Positions 53,991 through 62,730 of a DNA stretch of 64,000 nt are shown here, piece by piece. The stretch covers positions 1-64,000 of the IMG/VR virus record IMGVR_UViG_3300044641_007115, one strand, 5' to 3'. Every line of letters starts with the position of its first letter. Within the stretch, counting starts at the first letter, position 1. The notes below the pieces were generated by a model, which did not search any database, was not told where the DNA came from, and was given only the letters and a program-made list of their open reading frames with translations. A program made the position numbers and the translations under genes.

Positions 53991-54434
53991 TTAGTCGTGT
54001 TCTTCATACTTCTTCACTTCGATGTCGCCGTTACGGTTGACCACGATTTCCGCGTGATCTCCGAACATTAACTCTAAGTTACTATCCCCAATGGCGATGA
54101 GAATTCGGCTAACTTCATCCGCCAATTCAGCGGCCCGGCGATTCTCTTCGTCACTCATTTCTTCGATCTCAATCATTTCGAAGTCGTCGTCATAGACGTT
54201 GCTTCCGTTGATGAAGATCGTATCGGGATCAGTACTTGCCGCGAACACACACGGCTGTCCATCGTTCCAGTGCGGTGTCCATTGACGCCATCCAAATGAG
54301 TCGAGGTCTTCGTTCTCAGTGAATAGGCCCGTAACCGCTTCGACAAAGACGCCCTTTGCCGCTTCGCCAATCTGCTGTCGGATATTATCCAACTGCTGAT
54401 TCAGTTCCTTCAATTTTTCGGTGTTGATTGACAT
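53991..54434 (-). CDS. Hypothetical protein
   Basis: SFGWRQWTP.WNDG.PC.F; FGDH..I.V....I....Y.HD. Confidence 0.6.
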   Translation of the reverse strand: MSINTEKLKELNQQLDNIRQQIGEAAKGVFVEAVTGLFTENEDLDSFGWRQWTPHWNDGQPCVFAASTDPDTIFINGSNVYDDDFEMIEIEEMSDEENRRAAELADEVSRILIAIGDSNLELMFGDHAEIVVNRNGDIEVKKYEEHD

Positions 54435-54449
54435 TTGAAATCGAACCCA

Positions 54450-55040
54450 TCAGTAGATAGGAATGATCGATGTGGACTGTTCAGCGCTGGTCGCGCCGAA
54501 CCGGGAAGACATCATGTCGGCATAGTGCAAAATGTGGGCTTCGGGAGTGACCGGCTCAATCGCGGTCTGCCATTCCAGCCGACCATGATGGGCTAGCATT
54601 GCGTGCTCGATACGCATCCGAATCGACGCTGGCACATCATCTTCACTCAGACCAACCACGCTGGCATAAAACATCGCATGACTACCGGCCAGATGCCGGA
54701 CCAACTTACGATACTCAGTCTTGATGATCGTCCCTAACGGAGAAATTTCGTAGTCGTGGATCTTCATGAAGTCGTGCAAGATCGCAGCGGTCGCCAGAAC
54801 ATCGAACGAAACTTGCTCGAACTGTGTTGCCATGTTCAAGGCAATCGCTGTCACTTCGGCGGTGTGGACCATCAGACCACCTTCGAACGCATGGTGCCGT
54901 TCAGCGGAACCTACTCCCGCTTGAAATCGCGGATCGCAAATGGCACCATAGGTGATAGCACTCAAATGGCGATTCTTGATCTGATGCGAAGTATGGTCAA
55001 GAAAGCGAAAAGCAATTTCAGTTAGCGGCGCTTGCGTCAT
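54450..55040 (-). CDS. HD-domain hydrolase (YhaM-like 3'-5' exoribonuclease)
   Basis: HH.FEGGL..HT.EV; AILHDFMK; HA.LAHHG; LH.AD..SS. Confidence 0.85.
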   Translation of the reverse strand: MTQAPLTEIAFRFLDHTSHQIKNRHLSAITYGAICDPRFQAGVGSAERHHAFEGGLMVHTAEVTAIALNMATQFEQVSFDVLATAAILHDFMKIHDYEISPLGTIIKTEYRKLVRHLAGSHAMFYASVVGLSEDDVPASIRMRIEHAMLAHHGRLEWQTAIEPVTPEAHILHYADMMSSRFGATSAEQSTSIIPIY

Positions 55041-55758
55041 TGTTGTCCACCTTGAGGTTTTCGAAATCAAAACCGAAGTCGGTGTTGAAGCGTTCCGTGT
55101 AGTAACGAACGACTGTTTCTTCCAGCATCGCACGGTAATCACGGCGGTCTTTTACAAACGTGCTGGCCGTTCCATCTTCGCTGGAAATGATGATGACGAT
55201 CTGATCGATAGATTCACCGGTGCGCTCTTCCCACATGTAGGAATATGCCGTCGCTTGCATGAAGTAGTCGAGAATCCAATCCTCTTGCTTCGTGTGCAAC
55301 GCACTCTTGAAGTCGATGATAGAGGGAACTCCGTTGTAATCCGCCACGCAGTCGCACGTCCCGGCGACCATGAGTTCATCAGACCACAGCGCGATTTCTT
55401 GCGCGCGCACGTTGTCGATCCGGTTCAGGATGTGCCGGATGCGATTGAAGAGCATGTTGGCTGTTTGATTCTCTGACTTCGGAATTTCGTTCAGAAGATA
55501 CCGTTCAACCATGTAATGCAATTCGGTGCCGCGACCGGCGGCGGCTTTTGCAATGCGGCTGGCTTCTTCTTCACCGACGCGGGCGCGCCATTCTTTGATG
55601 GCATCTTCTTTGACGATGCCGACGACGGTGGTGACTGATGGGTAGAAATCCCCGGACGGGACTTTATATGCTCGTTTTCCGTTGGGAAGCGTTGTCCTTC
55701 CTAGCCGGGGCAACGACACAGCGGGTGGTGTTTGCTTGAATGTCTTTGAAAGAAGCAT
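55018..55758 (-). CDS. PD-(D/E)XK exonuclease (T4-like phage exonuclease)
   Basis: YPSVTTV; WR.RVGEEEA; RGT..H; E..L.S....AG..D.VA; IIDFKS; YF.Q..AY. Confidence 0.9.
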   Translation of the reverse strand: MLLSKTFKQTPPAVSLPRLGRTTLPNGKRAYKVPSGDFYPSVTTVVGIVKEDAIKEWRARVGEEEASRIAKAAAGRGTELHYMVERYLLNEIPKSENQTANMLFNRIRHILNRIDNVRAQEIALWSDELMVAGTCDCVADYNGVPSIIDFKSALHTKQEDWILDYFMQATAYSYMWEERTGESIDQIVIIISSEDGTASTFVKDRRDYRAMLEETVVRYYTERFNTDFGFDFENLKVDNNDASAAN

Positions 55759-55787
55759 GGCGGCTGAATTAGTTACTCAGCCGCCAG
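55759..55787 (-). promoter_or_regulatory. 9-bp hairpin abutting the exonuclease start codon
   Basis: GGCGGCTGA-gtaactaat-TCAGCCGCC-ATG. Confidence 0.6.
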
Positions 55788-55822
55788 ATTAGCATTCGAA
55801 ATGTGTTGTCAAAAATGGGAAG

Positions 55823-56614
55823 CTACGCGGCTTCCGCTGGTGCCTCTTGATTGGGTGTGATTCCCAATTCCGCAAGGATGAACTCCCGGCAAATGCCAGA
55901 TCGAACGATATCTTCCGGCAAGAATTCGATGATCTGCATCGATTCCATTCGATCAATTACATCTTCAAACTGAGCCATGCCACTGGTGTCGTACTTGTTA
56001 CGGTACAAGTCATCTTGCTTGGTGTCACCACAGAAGATCACACGCGAATCATCCCCAAGCCGGGTGATGACTGTTGCCAGTTCTTCGTAGTTCATGTTTT
56101 GCACTTCGTCTACGATGACGATGCAATTTTCCAGTGTCATACCGCGCAAATAGCTGGTCGAAATCACTTCAACGTAGCCGCGTTGAATGGCGATCTCCCA
56201 TGCGTCGCCCCGGTCGCAAATCTTTCCCAAGATTCCGCGATAGGGAGACTCATATGCTTCCAGCTTCTCTTTCAGCTTACCGGGCAAAAAGCCCATGTCC
56301 CGCGAAGGTACAGCCGAACGGACAATGTAAATTCGTTGGTACTTCGAATTTGGCATCATCACGTCGCGCAATGCCAGATAGATGGCACAGAACGTTTTAC
56401 CCGTTCCGGCGCATCCATTCAAGAAGAGGTTGTACCCTTCTCGATAGGCATCAAACATGTCTTTCTGCGCATCATTCAGCGGGACAATCTTCTTCGGTCG
56501 AAGCTGAAATGATGTCTGTTCAATCGGTTGCCGCTTCTTTTTTGACATTGGTTTGGTTCCAGTCTCCTTAGCGACAACCCTTGGTTTACGATGATGTTGC
56601 TGGTTGCCGCTCAC
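55823..56614 (-). CDS. phoH: PhoH-family protein
   Basis: G.AGTGKT; I.R.AV; GFLPG; Y.RG.TL; VDE.QN; TR.G..S..I.CGD..Q.D; DIVRSG. Confidence 0.95.
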   Translation of the reverse strand: MSGNQQHHRKPRVVAKETGTKPMSKKKRQPIEQTSFQLRPKKIVPLNDAQKDMFDAYREGYNLFLNGCAGTGKTFCAIYLALRDVMMPNSKYQRIYIVRSAVPSRDMGFLPGKLKEKLEAYESPYRGILGKICDRGDAWEIAIQRGYVEVISTSYLRGMTLENCIVIVDEVQNMNYEELATVITRLGDDSRVIFCGDTKQDDLYRNKYDTSGMAQFEDVIDRMESMQIIEFLPEDIVRSGICREFILAELGITPNQEAPAEAA

Positions 56615-56895
56615 ACCACTCCTGTTCTTCCGTATTTGCTGGTGTTGTTCGCCATCGCACTCATTGGGTGACTCTTTTTGATGCGGTCCATCACTTCCGT
56701 GAAACCGCCATCAGGACGGGTAACTCCAAGGCGAATCGGATCACCAAGGGCAAACATGGAATACTGTTGTTTGACGGTGTTCTCTTTGCCACAGGCGGGG
56801 CACGGTTGGGTTTCAGGCTCCGTGTGGCGACTCATAGAAAGGCGGCGTTCGAAGGCTTCGGTACAGGCAGAGCAAGAGTATTCGTAAGTGGGCAT
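56611..56895 (-). CDS. FmdB-family zinc ribbon protein
   Basis: MPTYEY.C..C...FE..L.MS.......CP.CG. Confidence 0.85.
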   Translation of the reverse strand: MPTYEYSCSACTEAFERRLSMSRHTEPETQPCPACGKENTVKQQYSMFALGDPIRLGVTRPDGGFTEVMDRIKKSHPMSAMANNTSKYGRTGVV

Positions 56896-56913
56896 AGTTT
56901 TCTCCGCAAATAT

Positions 56914-57153
56914 CTAGCGGCGGTCCTCTACGAATTCTTTGAAAGATTTGACTGGACGGTGGAAGGCGGCTTCAAACGCGGCGGGTGTGTCGCCCGGACG
57001 ATAGTACGTCTCACCCTGATATTCGACCGGGTGAGAGCCATGAAGTCCCATCTGCATCGCGGCCCAATCCGCTTCGTTACGGATGCGATACAGACTCAGA
57101 CTTCCTATCACGATCCCTTCACGGAATCGTTTGTACAAATGAGGACGACCCAT
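56914..57153 (-). CDS. Hypothetical late protein (MGRPHLY...)
   Basis: ATAAATA 8 nt before ATG. Confidence 0.5.
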   Translation of the reverse strand: MGRPHLYKRFREGIVIGSLSLYRIRNEADWAAMQMGLHGSHPVEYQGETYYRPGDTPAAFEAAFHRPVKSFKEFVEDRR

Positions 57154-57214
57154 TCGCGAAGTATTTATCGGAATGGGTCGTTTTCGGAAAACGAGTTGTT
57201 GGGGTTTGGATCTT

Positions 57215-57583
57215 TTAGGCGGCGACGAAATCTTCCCGGAACATCTTGATCCACTCATCTAATACCGCGTCAGGGACATTCGCTACCCACACGTAGTCGG
57301 TGATCGCATTGCTGATCTGCTGGACGGCCAGCGCCAGTTGCATAATCGCCGGGAAGTCGTTCCGATCCAGCGCGCCCGTGATGGCCGCTTTCTTCGATTT
57401 GATCGCTTGCAAGAAGGCGTTCTGGTCGTCTTCCTTTTCGTAGAACGGGCGATAGACAACCACCCTGCTATCCAAAAGCTGTGAAAGAACGGGATGGTCA
57501 CCCGGAAGACGGAGATACCCATTCTCTTTGAGCGCGGTCAAAATGTCCGCGTAGCCGTTGCCAGACGTTTCCTTGTGTTCCAT
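57215..57583 (-). CDS. Hypothetical protein
   Basis: Protein-like ORF. Confidence 0.55.
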   Translation of the reverse strand: MEHKETSGNGYADILTALKENGYLRLPGDHPVLSQLLDSRVVVYRPFYEKEDDQNAFLQAIKSKKAAITGALDRNDFPAIMQLALAVQQISNAITDYVWVANVPDAVLDEWIKMFREDFVAA

Positions 57584-57642
57584 ACCTTACACGGTACTGG
57601 AACAAGCGAATCATTTCAATGCGATGAAAACCTTAGTACACC

Positions 57643-58455
57643 TTAGTCTTCGGTGAACTTGTCAAACAGACTTACCGTTTTCGGCGGTACCGGGTTGCAT
57701 GTGTCGTCAAACTGTTCTTTCCATGTGGTGAAGTCGCCAAGTTCGGCCTGTTCCAGTCGGAACTTCGCCATGTCGTAGTACTTCTGGCTCTTTTCGATCC
57801 CGACAAAATCCACCCCATGTTTGATACACGCAATTCCGGTCGTGCCGGAACCCATGAAAGGATCTAACACCCGCTGTGCCGGGGCGGTCTGTAAAATGCG
57901 ATCAGGCAACTCAATCGGAAATGCCGCCGGGTGTGGATTCTTCCGCTCCACAACGAACTCCCAAACATCGCCCATACCAGAAGCACCTTTGCTCTTGAGC
58001 CTGAAATCCGGCTTGGCAAAGATCATGATCCACTCCGTCCACGGTTGATAAAACGTTGGACTGAAGTTGATACCGCCCGACTTCCGCCAAATCACGATCT
58101 GACGCAAAGGAAGGCCGGGGTTCAGTTCCAGCGGCATTTCATAGATCCCGGCTTGGACACGGGGCTTGTGGTTGTAGTAGATAGCTCCTGTGGGCTTCAA
58201 GAGCCTGTAGGCTTCGTTGAGAACGGCTTTCTGCCACTCCACATACACCGGACGCGGTAGAGCGTCCTCTGTGCCGTCGTAGGCGTCTGCAATGGCCGGT
58301 CCTTTCCATAGAGAACTCTCCCATACGTTCCGGGAGAACCCGCCGCCGGTCGTGTTGTGAATGTTGTAGGGCGGACTGGTGATGACAAGATCGAAAGACT
58401 CATCCGGCATCGTCTTCATCACGTCTAGGCAATCGCCGCGATGAAGCTCAAACAT
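57643..58455 (-). CDS. DNA amino-methyltransferase (N4C/N6A, beta class)
   Basis: TSPPYN catalytic motif N-terminal; HPA.FP; VLDPFMGSGTT. Confidence 0.93.
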   Translation of the reverse strand: MFELHRGDCLDVMKTMPDESFDLVITSPPYNIHNTTGGGFSRNVWESSLWKGPAIADAYDGTEDALPRPVYVEWQKAVLNEAYRLLKPTGAIYYNHKPRVQAGIYEMPLELNPGLPLRQIVIWRKSGGINFSPTFYQPWTEWIMIFAKPDFRLKSKGASGMGDVWEFVVERKNPHPAAFPIELPDRILQTAPAQRVLDPFMGSGTTGIACIKHGVDFVGIEKSQKYYDMAKFRLEQAELGDFTTWKEQFDDTCNPVPPKTVSLFDKFTED

Positions 58456-58930
58456 CTTCCTTTCTGCCCCACTTGGCTTCCCACTCCGCGCGGGCGTCTT
58501 CTTCTGCCTTCACATCGGCTTCGGTGGCGTCACGAAGATGGCGCACCGTCACTTCCGTGATCCCACAACCACCATTCTCAAAATCCGACTCTTCGACGAC
58601 TCGAACTTCTTGGACTTCGACTTCAGCGATGTCGGAGAGTTTGTTGACGCACCGGCGGTTTTCTCGAAGATCGCCGATGGACGGATAGACATGGTTGCCA
58701 CCGGATGCGGCACCCAATTCACATTCGAAGTCTACCTTGCACATGAACCCGGTGCGCACAGGACGGGTATCCTGATCGTCTCCGACGATCAGACCGGCAT
58801 GCCGTAGGGTTTCAAAAAAATCGCGGCGGATGCGTTCCGCCGCGTCATCTGGTTCGTCTTCGTGTTTCGAAATGAGCCAGTCAATGTATTCGGTTCGCGT
58901 CATGAAATCCACGGGACTGTTTAGTCCCAC
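58448..58930 (-). CDS. Hypothetical protein
   Basis: Packed operon gene. Confidence 0.5.
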   Translation of the reverse strand: MGLNSPVDFMTRTEYIDWLISKHEDEPDDAAERIRRDFFETLRHAGLIVGDDQDTRPVRTGFMCKVDFECELGAASGGNHVYPSIGDLRENRRCVNKLSDIAEVEVQEVRVVEESDFENGGCGITEVTVRHLRDATEADVKAEEDARAEWEAKWGRKEDV

Positions 58931-58968
58931 GGTTCAATCTTCGCACTCGAATGGTGGAGAGAAAAACT

Positions 58969-59256
58969 TCAACAAACTCGTTTTTCGCGCTGTTCGAATT
59001 CTTCCGGCGGGGTCGCTATCCACTCCCGGCATTCTTCGATGTGCGCCTTGATGATCGCCTTGATCTTCTTCCGAATCCCTTTCGGTTCCGGGAACTCAAT
59101 CGCAAAGTATATCGCGGGACCAAAATGCCCGTCGTAGTTGATGTCGTAAACGCCCTCAAGATCATCCAACTTGGTCACCAATGCCACCGGCCCATTACGG
59201 CCAGCTTCCGCCTGAAGGATCGTCAGCATGTCCTTTTCGGGGATTTCGATGGACAT
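58969..59256 (-). CDS. Hypothetical protein (start MSIEIPEK)
   Basis: 3' part of the called ORF; 5' part shadowed by the next gene. Confidence 0.5.
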   Translation of the reverse strand: MSIEIPEKDMLTILQAEAGRNGPVALVTKLDDLEGVYDINYDGHFGPAIYFAIEFPEPKGIRKKIKAIIKAHIEECREWIATPPEEFEQREKRVC

Positions 59257-59278
59257 GTTACGGGAAGCGATGGTGAAC

Positions 59279-59629
59279 TTAGGCATCGACCGCTTCCGCC
59301 TTCGGCTTCGGGTTCGGGTGCTTGGCAACTTCGGGATAGTTCGCCGGGTCCGGCAACACCATGAAGGACGGGCACTTCCATTCCCGGACCACTTCACCGG
59401 CGCGGTTTCCGGTCTGAGCGGTGAAACGCACAAGCGCGGGAATCGTGATCCCGAATCGATAACCGACCTCTTCATTGATGAAGCCGGGCATCGTACTGAC
59501 CACGTGACACATCACGTGGCGTTCGATGTCTTTCGGCAACTTGTCGGCACCGTAGACCGCCGGGGCACGACCGGCACCACGACCGTAAATCTCTTCAACT
59601 TTGTACTTGCAAGTTCTGCTACGTCCCAT
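59279..59629 (-). CDS. Hypothetical protein
   Basis: Downstream of a TTGACATA promoter with GGAG. Confidence 0.55.
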   Translation of the reverse strand: MGRSRTCKYKVEEIYGRGAGRAPAVYGADKLPKDIERHVMCHVVSTMPGFINEEVGYRFGITIPALVRFTAQTGNRAGEVVREWKCPSFMVLPDPANYPEVAKHPNPKPKAEAVDA

Positions 59630-59693
59630 TTTTCTTTTCTCTCTCCTGATCCTATCTTCTCACAACCGGACTTATATGTCAAGCACGTTTTCG

Positions 59694-59996
59694 TTAGATG
59701 TCGTGGAATTGGTCGTGTTGGTAGGTGTGAAGAAAAACGCGCTTCCAGTCGTTGCCGTCGAAGTTTTCGGTGTAGATCAGACCCTCTTCGATCAGGTGAC
59801 CGACAGCGGCGTTCACCGCACGCGGGGCAACGTTGAGTTTCTTGGCAACGTCTTCGACGCGCACATCACTGAAGAAAGGTTCGGCGTACAGGCCGGAATG
59901 GATGGCTTCGTAGACTTTCGCGCTGAATTCGGGGAGTTCAGCAAGGCGGGCTTGGCACTCTTCAAGGTTCGCGACGCGGGGCTTTTTGTTCTTCAT
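59694..59996 (-). CDS. Winged-helix DNA-binding protein
   Basis: VEDVAKKLNVAPRAVNAAVGHLIEEGLI. Confidence 0.7.
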   Translation of the reverse strand: MKNKKPRVANLEECQARLAELPEFSAKVYEAIHSGLYAEPFFSDVRVEDVAKKLNVAPRAVNAAVGHLIEEGLIYTENFDGNDWKRVFLHTYQHDQFHDI

Positions 59997-60039
59997 ATCG
60001 TCTCTCCACTGTTAGGATAGCAAGAGAACGACTTATATG

Positions 60040-60261
60040 TCAAACACTTTTTTCGATTTCTTCGAAGACCGAATCGGGGACCTTTTCAAAAAAGACGACG
60101 CCGGGTCCGCAATTGTGTTGAATCACAATCATCCCGGCGTCTTCGAGCAATTTCCGCACATCGTCTGGTCCATGAATGAACCGTGGATCAATGTTCGGTG
60201 TTCTGTCCGTTCGCTTCTTCCGCGTCAATTGTTGGCAGATTTTCCATAGGATTTCCCGCAT
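60040..60261 (-). CDS. Possible small hypothetical protein
   Basis: Overlaps the RNA ligase 3' end. Confidence 0.3.
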   Translation of the reverse strand: MREILWKICQQLTRKKRTDRTPNIDPRFIHGPDDVRKLLEDAGMIVIQHNCGPGVVFFEKVPDSVFEEIEKSV

Positions 60262-61366
60262 GTGGCATGATAACACGATTTTTTCGAGCACCAAGCAATC
60301 TTTCAAGAACTTCCGTGGACGCCGCCAATACAGCCGACCGAATAGAAGACACACGACCGCTACGCAACTGGAACAGTGCCGCTGAATATCGAGTCTTCAG
60401 TGCTTCGATAGCGAAGTCCTTCTGAACAGGAATATGTCGAATCTTGTCATAGGCTTCTTCGAGTTCGATCACCAGACCATTCAACGCTTCGGCCATCTCA
60501 TCATATTGCTGTTGATATTCAGGGAAGTAGCTGAGCACTTCACTGGTTTCCCCGGCCCGGATCAAATCAATGATGCGACGCTGACCGAAACCGTCCTTGG
60601 CGTGATGTACCAGAACGTAGGCGGGAGACTTGATCTTCACCCGCCGGAAATTCTGATCGACAACTACAAAGCCTTCGCCCGATTCAGGAGTCAGCTTTTG
60701 CGCCGCCGCGATGACATCATCGATACTGGACAGCGAATACTCTTTGACCACCGGCGGCAATAACGGATGACCAAGATCATCGACTTCCGCTTCCTGCATG
60801 GTGACACGATTGCGCGCGCCCAAGAACACCAAATCCGGTTCCGGGTATTGACATACAACACGATTGAACGGGGAAATCAACTCGAACATGAATGTCCAAT
60901 CTGTGTCTAGTTCCTCAACATCATACCCACGATCTTTCCAGATCCGCCAGAACAGTTCAGAGAACGTGAACGGATGGACATCGACCAGACCACCCGCATT
61001 CGGGCTACCTTTGGTGCTGACATTCCATTGTCCTCCCCAATACCAGACGATCATGAGAGATCCATCGACCTTCTCTTGGACACGGGCGGACTTCCAATCA
61101 ATCGAATCGGCCCACGACTCTCCATGATTGGCGAAACGGAAAAACGGGGCGGCGACGGTGTTCCAGTTGTCGCCACCATTCAAAATCATCCCACGGGATT
61201 CCTTCACAATCGGATCATTCGGATTGGCTTCTAGTTGGTCATAACAGAAGTGCCAAAGCCCCGAATGCTCCGGGTGTTCCTTCGCTCGAATACCACGGTT
61301 CACCAAGGTTTCGACCGTCTCTTCTCCCGCCCGTAGTACACGCTGAAGTTCTAGCATGCCAACCAT
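60188..61366 (-). CDS. rnlA: RNA ligase 1 (T4 RnlA-like)
   Basis: ESRG.IL; PFFRF.N; QEKVDGSL (motif I); T..FE..SP.NR.V; EG.VV.D; R.KIK. Confidence 0.9.
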   Translation of the reverse strand: MVGMLELQRVLRAGEETVETLVNRGIRAKEHPEHSGLWHFCYDQLEANPNDPIVKESRGMILNGGDNWNTVAAPFFRFANHGESWADSIDWKSARVQEKVDGSLMIVWYWGGQWNVSTKGSPNAGGLVDVHPFTFSELFWRIWKDRGYDVEELDTDWTFMFELISPFNRVVCQYPEPDLVFLGARNRVTMQEAEVDDLGHPLLPPVVKEYSLSSIDDVIAAAQKLTPESGEGFVVVDQNFRRVKIKSPAYVLVHHAKDGFGQRRIIDLIRAGETSEVLSYFPEYQQQYDEMAEALNGLVIELEEAYDKIRHIPVQKDFAIEALKTRYSAALFQLRSGRVSSIRSAVLAASTEVLERLLGARKNRVIMPHAGNPMENLPTIDAEEANGQNTEH

Positions 61367-61417
61367 TTAGGTGACGCCAGTTGACGGAAAACGAGATTTC
61401 TGACATACTAATCAGGT

Positions 61418-61807
61418 ATGCAACAACCACAGTCAATCCCCGAATCCACATTGGCACTACTCTGTCTCATCGGCTTCCTGTTCATGGGATGGTTCCTCAT
61501 CAGGCACATCGGCCACGTCGAACGTAATGTCCGCCGCCGGATGCTCCAAAACTTCGTCTACCGGCTGTATGAGTATCAACGGTGGTTTGCGGCGGTCGTT
61601 CGCGGCGTCGATGCTTTCGTGGATGCCTACTACACCGTCCAGACGAAGAACAAAATCGCTCCCATCAACGAACGGAAATTCACGCCTGTCCGCGTTGAAG
61701 ATCCGAAACCGCAACCGAAATTGGAACCCGCACCTGTCAACATCATGCGCGGCTGGAATTGGAAGAAATTCCGCCGGGAACAACCACAAGAAGCCGCCAG
61801 CGCATAA
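61418..61807 (+). CDS. Single-TM hypothetical protein
   Basis: Hydrophobic segment LALLCLIGFLFMGWFLI. Confidence 0.5.
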   Translation: MQQPQSIPESTLALLCLIGFLFMGWFLIRHIGHVERNVRRRMLQNFVYRLYEYQRWFAAVVRGVDAFVDAYYTVQTKNKIAPINERKFTPVRVEDPKPQPKLEPAPVNIMRGWNWKKFRREQPQEAASA

Positions 61808-61846
61808 CGGTTTTTGTCCCGCCCCCGGTCGCTTTAGAATGGATCA

Positions 61847-62572
61847 ATGAAGGATTCTCTAGGCGACCGGATGAAAGGGAAGTACGAAGACCCTTTCCGA
61901 AACGTACTTCCCCAACGGACCAATCTCATCATTCGCATCGACGGACGGGCATTTCACACGTTCACGAAACCGTTCAAACGTCCTTACGACGAAGAGATTC
62001 ATGAAGCTATGTCCTTTGCCACCCGGATGGTGTGCGAAGAGATCGGTGGATGCAAGTTCGCATACACCCAAAGCGACGAAGCCAGCTTTCTTGCCACCGA
62101 CTACGATACACACGAAACACAGATGTGGTTCGGCGGGAACAAGGCTAAGATCGAAACCATTGCGGCGTCGGCATTCACAGCGTTCTTCAACTACTCCATG
62201 ATGAAGATTTCCCCTACTCTCATCGCACAGTTTGATGCCCGCGCCTTCATCATTCCAACACAGCACGAAGTCGTCAACTACTTCATTTGGCGGCAACAGG
62301 ATGCCATCCGCAACAGCGTGTCGATGTTGGCCCGTCACCACTTCAGTGCCAAGCGGCTACACAAAGTCTCATCGAAAGATGCTATCGACCTCTTGCGTAA
62401 AGAGAAGAAAGTTCGGTGGGAAGAAGATACCCCTGCATGGTTCCGCCGGGGAACTGCCCTCTACAAAAAAGCACCGGGCCGTCACAAAGTCCCAAACTGG
62501 TATACTGACAAAAACATCCCGGAGTTCGTCGGGAATCAAAATTTCGTGCGGCAACATATGCCTATCGAATAA
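61847..62572 (+). CDS. thg1: tRNA(His) guanylyltransferase Thg1-like protein
   Basis: LGDRMK.YE; IRIDGRAFHTFT; YTQSDE.S; WFGG...K; FDARAF; YF.WRQ.DA.RNS. Confidence 0.95.
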   Translation: MKDSLGDRMKGKYEDPFRNVLPQRTNLIIRIDGRAFHTFTKPFKRPYDEEIHEAMSFATRMVCEEIGGCKFAYTQSDEASFLATDYDTHETQMWFGGNKAKIETIAASAFTAFFNYSMMKISPTLIAQFDARAFIIPTQHEVVNYFIWRQQDAIRNSVSMLARHHFSAKRLHKVSSKDAIDLLRKEKKVRWEEDTPAWFRRGTALYKKAPGRHKVPNWYTDKNIPEFVGNQNFVRQHMPIE

Positions 62573-62590
62573 AGGAAAGGTGAAACGCCC

Positions 62591-62722
62591 GTGGTTTTGT
62601 GGATTGGTATCGGATCATTTCTGTTAGGGTTGGTCGTAGGATCTGTCATCTGTTTCTTCTACTACCAGAAATCCTTCAGCAAGAAGTTGAAAGGTCTATC
62701 AGTTCGTTTTCGCCGCGACTAA
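62591..62722 (+). CDS. 43-aa single-TM peptide (not in ORF track)
   Basis: MVLWIGIGSFLLGLVVGSVICFFYYQKSFSKK...; AAGG upstream. Confidence 0.45.
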   Translation: MVLWIGIGSFLLGLVVGSVICFFYYQKSFSKKLKGLSVRFRRD

Positions 62723-62730
62723 ATGTCAGC

